Below, piece after piece: positions 25,021 to 37,131 of a stretch of 64,000 nt of DNA. The translations under genes were made by a program, and so were the position numbers. Position 1 is the first letter of the stretch. Every line of letters begins with the position of its first letter. The notes beneath the pieces were generated by a model. That model was not told the origin of the DNA and ran no database searches. It saw only the letters and a list, made by a program, of their open reading frames with translations. Location: contig NC_068987.1 in assembly GCF_001194135.2 (NCBI RefSeq), forward strand, positions 29,177,532 to 29,241,531, written 5' to 3'. This stretch comes from Octopus bimaculoides. Its lineage: Eukaryota.

Positions 25021-26589
25021 TATAATAACTAAAGCAAAAGCAAGTTATCAATATAACATACAACAAAACCTATGAATCACTGAATAACTACTAAAATAGA
25101 GACATGTTGGGAACAGTGTAAAAATATAATTAATATGTAAATCCGAAGACTCTCTTTATAATACTCTAATCATATAAAACGTTGATGCGTCTAAAGATTT
25201 TATCAAACTGATAATGCAGCGATGATTTCATCGTATTGAAAATTAATTGCTTTACAATGCCGTTTACATTACAAATTATTTATTGAATATTCACAGTTGA
25301 AAGCAACACGTATATTTGTATATTTTTGAAAGCGGGATTTTGACATTGCATGACTATGCATAGAAAGTATATGATTTATATCGATTCTGAAACACGATGA
25401 TATATTCATGCAAGAACAATATGTTTTGTTTATAAGAATGCTTTTATTAGGGGTCTAGTGATTGCAAGCGATATCAAGAATACAATGAGTTTGAGAAAAC
25501 ATATTGTTAAGAGAAAACATAAACATTATATTCATTCAAAGCGGCTCTAAATAAAAATACTTTATTTTATTAAGGAAGATAAACGCTAAGGGGTTTCTCT
25601 TGTATATTTCTAACTAGATTTCAATAACACACTATTTAATGTTCCCGTTTAAACTCTACCGATATTGGAAAGTTTATACACTAGTTTTTAATAATTGGAA
25701 GAAGAGGAATAAGAATTCCTGTATCTAATTTAATTAAAGTGTCGCAACAGTAAATAGTGAATTTTAATCAAAGAAAAATAGGTGAAATTTATTGAATAAA
25801 TTCTCAAATGAAATTAGTAGTAAATAGCAGGGGAAGTATCAAATTACTAGATTGTAGAGGCACATGATTTAATGTTTGTTTGATCCTAACTTACCATAAT
25901 GTTGCTGACTTTCAGATGAACTTACTTCAAAATCATTTGCCTCAACAAGAATTATTACATCGGAAAAATATAAAAATCTTTTTCTTGGAGGGTGGGAATA
26001 TTGTGGATTGAATGGATAAGGGAATAAAAAACAATGTTGAGTCTATGACCAGTAGAGCACCAAATGCCGGAGAGGGAAAATATATATTGTAAGAATATTT
26101 GTTGCTGTTTTTGTTTGGGCTCAAGTCATCGTTTCAGTTAATTAAAGGCGTTCCAGCCACAAAAGCTTTGACCGCTTGCATATCAAGGATTACATTGAAC
26201 AATGTTGTCCCTGACTGTACTACAGTACAATTGTTACACATGTCATAAAACAGAATTTCAACTTATAAAGATGAAGCGCACGCAATTGGAGCCCTTGAGT
26301 TCACTGGAAATATCAAATACCCTACAACTCAGCGTCTCTCCCGGCGAATGTACATGTCGAACATTACTTGTGTTCAATTCTCAGACAGAGAATAGCTTTT
26401 CGCCAAAAAACAACCCTGCTAAGCCTAATCACGGTTTTGTTGCTATACACATATACATCTTAGTCAACATCACGTGAAAGTGTATTCGACTGACTTGAAT
26501 GTAGTCGCTCTCAGACACTGTCCAGTCTCTGGCCTATGGATACACCATCTCCTCTCTGCAGCTTCTGATACCTGAAACGTCATACAGCT

Positions 26590-27050
26590 CACTTGTCTCG
26601 CCTTCTCTCATCATCTGACCTTCGAACTTCTTACTATTTAAGGACCTTCTTCAACAAAACATCAGCACTATGGAAGTACTTCCTTGCACGAGTGGGAGAG
26701 GACATGGTTAATCATATGAAGGAGTACTGGTGGAATGTTGAAGTGAAAACCTCAATAAAATGCACGTGTAATACACCATAGGTAGTGATGTGGATCATAG
26801 AAGGGAAACTCTGTACAATAGTCGAAATGAGTTGCCACACGGATGCCAACATAAAGCTAAACGTCAGTGTGGAAGAAAATACCGATGCTGAAAAATTGAG
26901 TAATTTACACTCTACACAGACTACAAGTTTAGATATATATCCGTAATTGCTAAGTCACTAGGATGTGAAACAAATCACCTCAGCGCTAATCTTGAGAAAC
27001 ATGACCTGCCTCTTCATAGACAGACGCATATGCATTATTTTTCAATATTT
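26590..27050 (+). mobile_element. Highly decayed RLE domain of a different R4/NeSL-like LINE family
   Basis: KEYWWNVEVKTSIKCTCNTP*VVMWIIEGKLCTIVEMSCHTDANIKLNVSVEENTDAEKLSNL follows the RLE pattern EYWWN..NRPD..W...K.C.IVEISCP.D.NI. The catalytic PD is destroyed. Confidence 0.7.
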
Positions 27051-27789
27051 CACACATGCACATAAACATGCAGAAACACCTTGTTGATATTGTTTAAAAT
27101 TCCATTGAAGGCTCCTTGGTCTCTAAGCTAGAAATCCCCCTCTCTTTCTCTTTCCCTTTCTCTCTCTCTGTCTCTCTCTATTGGCAAGATATCTAGATAT
27201 AAACTATAGTTACATACATACAGACATACATATATGCATACATACATGCATGCATACATACATACATACATACATACATACATACATACGTTGAACCCAT
27301 TTTTGCAAGTGACGTCTATATTGTGCCAGGTAACTCGTAGTAATGAAAGCTTAGTCGTTTGCATGTATGTTATCCGGGCGGATACGTAGTAGCTCTTTGT
27401 TGTCTTGCAGGTTATGGCTAACCGCATCGATTAATATTTAACAGCTATGACTATTAGGTGTTGTCCCACACGCTGTAAATTCTTCCGATGGATAATTCCT
27501 TGTTCTCTTCGCTGGATGGTAATAATATGTGGAGTGTATATTAACAATGATTATAACGATAGAAAATATTGTGACTGGTACATCCTCAAATTTTCTTTTA
27601 TTTTATTTTTCAGTGTCATACAGGATATGTTTATGCTTACGATGACCTACACGTGTTTTCACTTCACAAAGTGTGTGCGGTTGCATATGGAAACGGGCAT
27701 AATTTTCTGTGCTTAAAATAATCATATTTTCCGTTCAGGGTCTTTCAACCAACTATGCAACTGCACATATTCTGTACTTATATATATAT

Positions 27790-28075
27790 GAGAACGCATG
27801 GCCTAGTTGTTAAGGTTTTGCGGTCGTGTTTTCAATTCCTTAACTGAGTAGTGCGTTATGTCCTTGAGCAAAACACTTCATCTCACTTTGCTCTGCGATC
27901 ACTTCGACACCCGACGTGTGGTACACCGCGCACCTGTTCAAGCAACCTCGATTTGTGGTGGGAGTTAGCTAATGCACGGCATATATATTTGATCACTATA
28001 AACGAATCATCTGTGGAGATTAGTTGGCAAAAGCTGAACGTTCATACGTCATCTTCGATGGGAGAGTCCATCGTA
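27790..28075 (+). mobile_element. tRNA-headed SINE, related head/core to family D
   Basis: GCATGGCCTAGTTGTTAAGG..TTTTCAATTCC..GCGTTATGTCCTTGAGCAAAACACTTCAT shares CTTGAGCAAAACACT with 6019-6033. Confidence 0.65.
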
Positions 28076-29019
28076 TATATATATATATATATATATATTC
28101 ATCTTATAGTAAAAATGGATAGATAAGGGTGGAAAATCACAGGAACAATACCATATGTCCAACGTAAGATACAATATGTGTGTTCAATTCCTTCAAGAAT
28201 CAATAAATGAATTTATAGTATTCAGTCTCTAAAGTGTCTAAAAGGTACGGTAAAAAGACCAGCAAATACAACAATAAAAACTTTAGAAATATCATGAATG
28301 TTCNNNNNNNNNNNNNNNNNNNNNNNNNNNNNNNNNNNNNNNNNNNNNNNNNNNNNNNNNNNNNNNNNNNNNNNNNNNNNNNNNNNNNNNNNNNNNNNNN
28401 NNNNNNNNNNNNNNNNNNNNNNNNNNNNNNNNNNNNNNNNNNNNNNNNNNNNNNNNNNNNNNNNNNNNNNNNNNNNNNNNNNNNNNNNNNNNNNNNNNNN
28501 NNNNNNNNNNNNNNNNNNNNNNNNNNNNNNNNNNNNNNNNNNNNNNNNNNNNNNNNNNNNNNNNNNNNNNNNNNNNNNNNNNNNNNNNNNNNNNNNNNNN
28601 NNNNNNNNNNNNNNNNNNNNNNNNNNNNNNNNNNNNNNNNNNNNNNNNNNNNNNNNNNNNNNNNNNNNNNNNNNNNNNNNNNNNNNNNNNNNNNNNNNNN
28701 NNNNNNNNNNNNNNNNNNNNNNNNNNNNNNNNNNNNNNNNNNNNNNNNNNNNNNNNNNNNNNNNNNNNNNNNNNNNNNNNNNNNNNNNNNNNNNNNNNNN
28801 NNNNNNNNNNNNNNNNNNNNNNNNNNNNNNNNNNNNNNNNNNNNNNNNNNNNNNNNNNNNNNNNNNNNNNNNNNNNNNNNNNNNNNNNNNNNNNNNNNNN
28901 NNNNNNNNNNNNNNNNNNNNNNNNNNNNNNNNNNNNNNNNNNNNNNNNNNNNNNNNNNNNNNNNNNNNNNNNNNNNNNNNNNNNNNNNNNNNNNNNNNNN
29001 NNNNNNNNNNNNNNNNNNN

Positions 29020-29075
<56 letters not shown>

Positions 29076-30384
29076 TACACATGTATGTGTGCTTGTGTAA
29101 ACGTATATATTTAATGAATATCAATAGATTGGTCGTTGGCTTACGAGTACTGCTCGAGTGTTGTTTTCTGATAATTCTGAATTTACATTATGAGTATGTA
29201 TTTTTCTAGGTATCAGAAAACTCAAAATATTTGCTCCTAGCCCCAATACACAAAATATTATTAATGAAAGTTTTGAGTTCCCTCTTCTTAATTAGTGAGA
29301 ACATATATAAATTTTGATTCCATGTAAATTTAATTTCACTATGGTGCAGAATAATTTTAACAAGTTTCAAACTACTTTAGTTTAATTAAACATTGCAGTT
29401 CGAAACGTCTCGCCGATTACTTATGGCAAAGTTTCAGACGGAATATATTTTTTTTCGCTAATCATTGTCTATCAGCGAGTGGATATACTGCAGCTCGGCT
29501 AGTGGAAGTGCACATCGTATGTTACATTCTCGGCAACCTCTTATAAAATCGGAAGAAAATATTAAACAGAGGGAAAAGTCATGATTTCTTGTAAAAAAAA
29601 AATATGATTATGTAACATTAGGAAGCAAAATTTGTTTTGTCCGACAAAATTTGTTATAAGCTTTAAGAGAATTTTCGATAATAGGTTGTAAAAGTTTCTT
29701 AACTTTTATACTATTAGTCTATATCAGTCTTTCAGATACATTTATATGCGATATACATATATATTTAATGTTTATTTATTATCTTGTTTTAATTATTTTA
29801 TTTTAATCAATGCAAATTATCATCATCATTAATCTCAACTAGTGACGAGAAAAGTGTGTGCAATCACACTCGCTAAAATTAATAATATTTACGATATTGG
29901 TTATATGAATCGTGTAAATCCACATATGTTTATATTTCAAGATTGAATAATTTAAATATTAATAATTTGATTTTGAAAAATTAAGGAAAATCGATAGAAT
30001 ATCAATTAGTCATCGACCTACGTTATGCTGAATGTAATTCAATTCAATAATGTATCTTCGATAAAAAAAAAAGATTTGTGAATTCCATGCTAATATATTG
30101 AAGTGCAACGAATCAATTTTGACCAGACTTGTTGTTATTATTGTTATTTTTGTTAGTTTCAGGTCATCCGTGATTGAGCAGCAAAGGGTAAAATATATCG
30201 AAACCATAAACCTACTATATTTTCTTCTAGGTACACTGTATCAAGCTCTTTGTTGTCCATTGTTTATTATGTTACACTGCTTATCACGATTCTTGTCCTT
30301 GAATAGCAACTATTATTTCCTATTGCCTCACCTGTAGACATTATGAAAAATAGTTAATATTTCCTTAAAAAATTCCTTTTGTTA

Positions 30385-30562
30385 CATGTATTCAAACCCA
30401 AAGAATCGCCCTCAACGCATGGCTACGATGTCCCCACCACCTCTACTCCTGTTCATGATCAGTGATCAAAGTTGCATATATTATCTGTCTCTAAGGGACA
30501 TGCTCAGGTGGTTAAGATCAAGTAATTGAGGATTAAATATGTGGTATTGAGCAGAATATTTT
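30385..30562 (-). repeat. Family A internal fragment
   Basis: ATTCAAACCCAAAGAAT...CATGGCTACGATG...AAGGGACATGCTCA...TGTGGTATTGAGCAGAATATTT matches 7506-7670. Confidence 0.75.
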
Positions 30563-30569
30563 CAACAAT

Positions 30570-31550
30570 GGTATTTGGCCTTCAGTTACTCACTGCTGAA
30601 TCTGAAATGTATTGGAAAATAGATCAGCCTCGAAACATTAATGTCAAGTCACAAAAGAAAGGTGTGAAGCGAAAAGTAGTCGTTTTCTTTGATTTCTAGA
30701 TTGAAGCAAATACGAAATAAGACTTATTGACCAAGACAAAAATTTTCTTACACAGTGTTATTCTTAGATGGTACATAGGCTTTACTAATGTTAAACATGG
30801 TAATGCAACCTTCTGATCATGTTGACCGCTTATCAAATGCGTTTCAGCCGTAACACAGATGCAATATTTCAGTGTGCCAACTAGGTTAACCCCAACAACG
30901 AAGTTCAACAGCTACTGGAGTTGGGGCTTAACTTGCAAAGGAAAGTAAACAGTATTAGACTGTGCAGTATTAGACTCTCACCTTACAGCTGATGTTCAAT
31001 GAATGCTGGGAAGAATTCTTTGACGACCCGAACGAGATAAACATTGCAATACAGTAACTCCTAGGACTCTAAGGTAGCAGCAACTCGCATTGAGACTTGA
31101 ACAAGTCTACAAGGATGTGCTGATGATAGAGGCGAGTAAACTGAGAAATGGCTGAAATAGAAAAAGTCCAACAGCTTCTCCAAAATAGGCATAAGCAGGA
31201 TTAAATGAATCACTGGTAAACAATACGGTGCAGCTCGATCGAAAAGAAGTGAACAACATTCAGAAGCTGAAAAATACTAAGTATAAATCCTGGCTGACCG
31301 ATAACGAATATGATGCTTCATATAGGCTGTCTACGACACTTTGCCGATCTCCAAAATCCGACACACCTAGAGCCGGATTGAAATGTTCTTCTGCTCAATC
31401 TGTAATGGAAGAGAATCCTTTTAAACACCCCTTGAAGAGGATTATGACAACTACTCAGTTCAGTAAACACTGTTCGAGGAGGAAACCGTCCACCTTTTTA
31501 AAACTCGAGAGAAGCCTTGTTCACTGCTACGAACAACATCTCTGGGTTTT
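30570..31550 (+). mobile_element. Possible very old APE-type (RTE-like) LINE remnant
   Basis: Only weak motif echoes (KIDQPRNI; TPRAGLKCSSAQSVMEENPFKHPL resembling the EN-RT linker), with many stops. Confidence 0.3.
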
Positions 31551-33084
31551 TTTTTGGTTTTTTTTTACTTTACTACAGCTAGGATTGGATCGACTAAACA
31601 ACTAAAGTTCTTTAATCGTAGAATCATCGATTCGCTGTAAATGATCGTCTCAGATTCTACTATGTACTCATTTGGAAGCTCACTGTTCCTTGCGATGTAG
31701 ACGTGGAGGATGGTCATTAGAAGCTAATTAAACGTTCGGATTCAGTGATGCAATGCAGAAACCGTAGTGAACATGTTGGTAATTAATCTCAGTGGGCTGC
31801 TGGAGGTTTGTGGTATGATCACTTTGCAAAACCTCAGTTGGTTTCGAATCATTTGTAGAGCACGTAGGAGTAGGCAAACTCCCAAATGTTGCACAAATGA
31901 TTGCAGAACTGAAGCAACAGAATAAGTTAAATGGTTTGAGAAAATCGTTGGCTTCTTGCTAGTGGGAAAATTGGGTGAGAATTGAGCAATTCAGCTGGAT
32001 GAATTGGGTGAAGAGTTCTGATGTTGAAAGACCCGAGCCTCCTCCCTTACACACCCACGCGCATACACACTGTTTTAAGAACATTACTGACGATGCATCA
32101 CAGACGTCTCTTGAAACTATTTGAGTGTATGGTTTGTTTGAGTGTATGTATGTATGCATATATATATATATATATANNNNNNNNNNNNNNNNNNNNNNNN
32201 NNNNNNNNNNNNNNNNNNNNNNNNNNNNNNNNNNNNNNNNNNNNNNNNNNNNNNNNNNNNNNNNNNNNNNNNNNNNNNNNNNNNNNNNNNNNNNNNNNNN
32301 NNNNNNNNNNNNNNNNNNNNNNNNNNNNNNNNNNNNNNNNNNNNNNNNNNNNNNNNNNNNNNNNNNNNNNNNNNNNNNNNNNNNNNNNNNNNNNNNNNNN
32401 NNNNNNNNNNNNNNNNNNNNNNNNNNNNNNNNNNNNNNNNNNNNNNNNNNNNNNNNNNNNNNNNNNNNNNNNNNNNNNNNNNNNNNNNNNNNNNNNNNNN
32501 NNNNATCGTCTCTAGCTTTGTTTCATCATTGCTAATGGAAAATGAAAAAAATCTCTAACCTCAATTACAGTGAATTCTCCTCCTTAGGGATTGATTGTGC
32601 ATTCTTTGCCTATTATGATTTCTTCATTTATATCTTTCCATTTCCTGTTTATTTAACAACGTTAGAAATTAAATATACTCTTGTGATATGCTAAATCTTT
32701 TCTGATTTAAAATCTCAGAAGAATATACGTTGTTTTTAATCTTACCAGAATTCAAAACAATAATTTTCAGTTGAATGTAGGAAACGTTCTAGAATTATAA
32801 TCAAGTTAGGTGTAATGTTAAGCACAACAAATTCATTCTGATTTTATTGATTGAAACAATAATGTAATTTATACATTTCCCATTTTTACGAGTATGAAGA
32901 TCATCACCGTCATATATGTTGTGTTTTTGTATATTACTTCAGATAGTATTGTTATACGCACTACCCATTCCTTGTACGTGACTTTTTTTTTTCAAAAGGT
33001 TCTCACTAGCCCTATATGCTATATGCTATAGAAACGGCTTATTTATAAGTTAGAACCTTTAGAATCATTGGTATGTTTTATTCT

Positions 33085-33257
33085 TTTACTTTACTCTTTT
33101 ACTTGTTTTAGTCAAGCAAATCGACCCCAGGACTTATTCTTTGTAAGCCTAGTACTTATTCAATTGGTCACTTTTGCCGAAATGCTAAGGTACGGGGAAA
33201 TAAACACACCAGTATCGGTTGTCAAGCGATGTTGCGGGGACAGACACAGACACACAA

Positions 33258-33322
<65 letters not shown>

Positions 33323-33333
33323 CGATGGGCTTC
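33085..33333 (-). mobile_element. SINE family C, 3' part
   Basis: CGACCCCAGGACTTATTCTTTGTAAGCCTAGTACTTATTC is identical to the 18365 copy. An internal (CA)(TA) tract precedes the gap. Confidence 0.9.
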
Positions 33334-34056
33334 NNNNNNNNNNNNNNNNNNNNNNNNNNNNNNNNNNNNNNNNNNNNNNNNNNNNNNNNNNNNNNNNNNN
33401 NNNNNNNNNNNNNNNNNNNNNNNNNNNNNNNNNNNNNNNNNNNNNNNNNNNNNNNNNNNNNNNNNNNNNNNNNNNNNNNNNNNNNNNNNNNNNNNNNNNN
33501 NNNNNNNNNNNNNNNNNNNNNNNNNNNNNNNNNNNNNNNNNNNNNNNNNNNNNNNNNNNNNNNNNNNNNNNNNNNNNNNNNNNNNNNNNNNNNNNNNNNN
33601 NNNNNNNNNNNNNNNNNNNNNNNNNNNNNNNNNNNNNNNNNNNNNNNNNNNNNNNNNNNNNNNNNNNNNNNNNNNNNNNNNNNNNNNNNNNNNNNNNNNN
33701 NNNNNNNNNNNNNNNNNNNNNNNNNNNNNNNNNNNNNNNNNNNNNNNNNNNNNNNNNNNNNNNNNNNNNNNNNNNNNNNNNNNNNNNNNNNNNNNNNNNN
33801 NNNNNNNNNNNNNNNNNNNNNNNNNNNNNNNNNNNNNNNNNNNNNNNNNNNNNNNNNNNNNNNNNNNNNNNNNNNNNNNNNNNNNNNNNNNNNNNNNNNN
33901 NNNNNNNNNNNNNNNNNNNNNNNNNNNNNNNNNNNNNNNNNNNNNNNNNNNNNNNNNNNNNNNNNNNNNNNNNNNNNNNNNNNNNNNNNNNNNNNNNNNN
34001 NNNNNNNNNNNNNNNNNNNNNNNNNNNNNNNNNNNNNNNNNNNNNNNNNNNNNNNN

Positions 34057-34391
34057 GATCAACGGAACAGCCTGCTCGTGAAATTAACGTGCAAGTGGCT
34101 GAGCACTTCACAGACACGTGTATCCTTAACGTACTTCTCGGGGATATTCAGCGTGAAACAGTGTGACAAGGCTGGCCCTTTGGATTACAGGCACAACAGA
34201 AACAGGAAGTAAGAGTGAGAGAAAGTTGTGGTGAAAGAGTACAGCAGGGTTCACCACCATCCCCTGCCGGAGCCTCATGGAGCTTTAGGTGTTTTCGCTC
34301 AATAAACACTCACAATGCCCGGTCTGGGAATCGAAATCGCGATCCTATGAGCGCGAGTCCGCTGCCCTAAACACTGGGCCATTGTGCCTCC
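34057..34391 (-). mobile_element. tRNA-Arg-like SINE (octopus OR-type), 3' end lost in a gap
   Basis: Head GGAGGCACAATGGCCCAGTGTTTAGGGCAGCGGACTCGCG..GATTTCGATTCCCAG with A-box, B-box and a TCG anticodon-like loop. The body matches 21485-21717. The family name is from memory. Confidence 0.85.
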
Positions 34392-34564
34392 AATACATTG
34401 TGCCCCGAATAATACAGCCGTGTTATTAAACAATACTCAGTCGCTTGAGCTTCCTGAAATACTATACAAAACTCTCCTTAATTTTTTCAATGTTTCGTCT
34501 TAAATAAGGAAAGGACATATTGGAAATGCTGCTCAGTATATTTCCAAGAAGCCATGACATTCAT

Positions 34565-34700
34565 GAGTGCAGTCCCGTTTTCATCAATTCTCTTCTCTTT
34601 TAGTGTTTGAATCATGCTCGTATTTACGTTCCGAGTTCAAATTATTATTATTGCCATTAAACATTTTACCCGGTGTGCTAACAATTCAGCCAGTTCACCA
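34565..34700 (+). mobile_element. Degenerate SINE family B-like head
   Basis: TTTACGTTCCGAGTTCAAATT; weak. Confidence 0.35.
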
Positions 34701-34730
34701 CGTCAATAATAATAATAATAATGATAATAA

Positions 34731-35370
34731 TTTCTTTTATTGGCGACAAGGGTCCAAGACATGGAAGAGAATATCGAAGGACGAGTTACATCAAAACCAA
34801 AAAATTACAAAAACGTGTAGGGTAAACATCAATGAAGGGGAGATACTAACACATTTAAGGCTATAACAGAGGATGTAGAGTAGCAAGTAGAGACATAAAT
34901 AATAAATAAATAGAATCCTCAATAGCGGGTCAGTCCAGTAATATGGAGCAACTCCCTAACAAAAATACCGGATTACTTTGCCAATTCCAAGGCATGGGAA
35001 AATGCCCTCTTCCAGTTTCTTTCCTCCTACTTAGAAAAGTATATTCATATTAGATCCATTCAATTTCACCAGTCTTGCCACTGTCGACCACCTTTTGATA
35101 AACACACTAGAAGGCAGCACCTCCCTCTCTACCCTCACCTTGCTCTTCAAATGATATTTGAAGAAACTGATGAGGGCTTGACCAGATAGAAATGTTCCTG
35201 TGTTCAAACCTTTCAGTCGCCTCCACCACAGCCATTTTTGCCACAGCCACTAGGTAGAGAAAAACCTGCCTTCCTTCTCTTCTAAGCGGTGCGTCGATCT
35301 TCTCTATACAGACAGCTGAATTCGCCTTACACGCGACATCATCTGTTCCACACAATCTGACAACTCTCTA
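34731..35370 (-). mobile_element. 3' end of a Tx1/L1-clade LINE (ORF2 C-terminus and 3' UTR with AATAAA)
   Basis: EKIDAPLRREGRQVFLYLVAVAKMAV / RLKGLNTGTFLSGQALISFFKYHLKSKVRVEREVLPSSVFIKRWSTVARLVKLNGSNMNILF*. The UTR ends in GCCAATAAAAGAAA at about 34731-34745. Clade assignment is from recalled similarity. Confidence 0.7.
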
Positions 35371-35384
35371 ATTCACGGACACTG

Positions 35385-35508
35385 CCAGCACATGACAACG
35401 TTTCCCTAAAAGAAATGGAGAAACTTTCAAAATACGAAGACCTGGAACTAGAGGTAACTCGAATGTGGTATCGAAAAACAGAAACAATCCCTATCATAGT
35501 AGGCGTTT
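35385..35508 (+). mobile_element. Short R4/Dong RLE fragment
   Basis: HDNVSLKEMEKLSKYEDLELEVTRMWYRKTETIPIIVG is the typical E.EKL.KY.DL..E..RMW...T..IP.IVG segment. Confidence 0.85.
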
Positions 35509-35519
35509 CTTTTATTTTT

Positions 35520-36280
35520 AGCAGATATCCAGCTTCTTTTTATTTCTAGCCGCAGAGGCTGCAGCGTATATTATATCATTTAGCCTGGTCATATTGACAT
35601 TTATTTCTATGGCTATTGGTTACTTGATGGCCATGTACATGCTACTTATTATTCATGTTGTTTTATTATCATTTTTAATTTTTGAGAGGTATAATCGCTG
35701 GTCCATACTGAGATAAGTTGTTTTTAATTCTTTGATTATGCTCATTGTTAAAGTATCATAATCATTAGTTTCACATTCGCTGTTTACAGGTCTTAGATTT
35801 GTTCCATAGTCCCTCCATATTTGTTCCATATTATTGTCTCTGGTGTTCTGGTTTGGTGCATTTCGCTCATCATTATACATTCCTACGGTCTGGGTGTGTT
35901 GTATTTCGTTCTTTACTTCGGTTTTGTTGATGTTACGTCTGTTTTTGTATTTTATTTACGGGACATAAGAAATAACGCCCCGCCCTTTATTTTGATGGTC
36001 ATCCTTTTCGTAGGGTACCGGTCCGTTCATTTCTCGTGTTAAATTGTTTTGCACGTGTAGTCTTTTTATAATTTTTGTGTAACAAGTTTTAAGTACGCAT
36101 TTCCCGTTTATTATCCTTGGGCTGAATATTACGGATATTATTTAATTTAATTTTCATTTCTTGTGCATGGTGTTTGGGGAAGAAAATGGTCTGATGTTGA
36201 TTGGATCGTAATGTGGTGAGAGTGTTTACAAGTGTTGTGCCAGTGATGGATGATACACACTTAAAATGCAACATTTCATT
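35520..36280 (-). mobile_element. Probable N-terminal region of an R4/Dong LINE ORF (decayed)
   Basis: Asn/Lys/Thr-rich fragments (ORFs 36089-36274 and 35653-35880, ..RLYLSKIKNDNKT) lead to MTRLNDIIYAAASAARNKKK, resembling the pre-RT T.LN.LIYAAA motif. Confidence 0.5.
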
Positions 36281-36407
36281 TGGAAAAAGAAATAAATTTT
36301 AATGAGTATTTCTTACTCGGATACAGTCCAAAACTTTCAATAAGTTTTATTTATATGGCTATATTTCAACACTTTGTCAGTGTGGCGAGCGTGTTTTTAT
36401 TATTATT

Positions 36408-36622
36408 AAAGCGGTGAGCTGGCAGAATCGTTAGCACGCTGGGCGAAATGCTTTGCAGTATTTCGTCCGCCTTGACGTTCTGAGTTCAAATTCCGCCGCT
36501 CTCGACTTTGCTGTTCATCATTTCGTAATCGATAAAATAAGTATCACTTGAACACTGGAGGCTGATGCAATCGACTCGTCCCCGTCTCCGAAAATGGCTG
36601 CCCTTGTGGCAAAATTTGAAAC

Positions 36623-36662
<40 letters not shown>

Positions 36663-36859
36663 GAAAGCGGTGAGCTGGCAGAATCTGTAGCACGCCTGGC
36701 GAAATTCTAAGCGGTACTTCGTTTGCCGCTACATTCTGAGTTCTAATTCTGTCGAGGTTGACTTCGGCTTCCATCCTTTCAGGTCGATAAATTAAGTACC
36801 ACTGAAACAATGGGGTCGACGAAATCGACATATCTATTCCACCTCCAAATTTGAAACCG

Positions 36860-36896
<37 letters not shown>

Positions 36897-37131
36897 TATC
36901 ATTATTATTATTGAGGCAGTGAGGTAACAGAATCGTTAGCACACCGGGGGAAAGGATTAGCGGAATTTTGCCCGCCTTTACATTCTGAGATCAAACTTTG
37001 TCGAGATCGTCTTTGTCATTCGGGATCGGTAAAATAAACCCCAGTTGCGCAGTGAAATTGATGTGATCAACTTACCCCCTCCCCTGAACTTGCTCAATTT
37101 GAAGCGCTCTTATGCCAGAATTTGAAACGCT
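36408..37131 (+). mobile_element. Head-to-tail trimer of SINE family B (36408-36622, 36664-36859, 36913-37131)
   Basis: Each unit has GGTGAGCTGGCAGAATC.TAGCAC (A-box-like), TTCTGAGTTCAAATT (B-box-like), CTTTCATC.TTTC..GGTCGATAAA.TAAGTACC and AAATTTGAAAC. Units are separated by (ATT)n. Confidence 0.92.

Noticed and set aside
26500-26572. Apparent minus-strand terminal exon YQKLQRGDGVSIGQRLDSV*
   Set aside because: Weak polypyrimidine tract, and it adjoins a plus-strand R4-type LINE relic that explains the local composition.
26660-26740. WKYFLARVGEDMVNH resemblance to a telomerase N-terminal motif
   Set aside because: The same frame continues into an RLE LINE domain; the similarity is too short to be meaningful.
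27311-27420. VYIVPGYG resemblance to the NAD(P) transhydrogenase VPGYG motif
   Set aside because: An immediate stop codon and no flanking similarity.
30982-31151. Minus-strand segment with a strong acceptor and donor
   Set aside because: Stops in all three frames, and it lies in probable LINE-derived sequence.
34320-34391. tRNA-Arg-like sequence
   Set aside because: It continues into a SINE body shared with 21485-21717 and has no proper acceptor stem, so it is a SINE head rather than a tRNA gene.
35167-35195. CTGATGA...GAAA
   Set aside because: No stem II pairing, and it is the antisense of LINE coding sequence.
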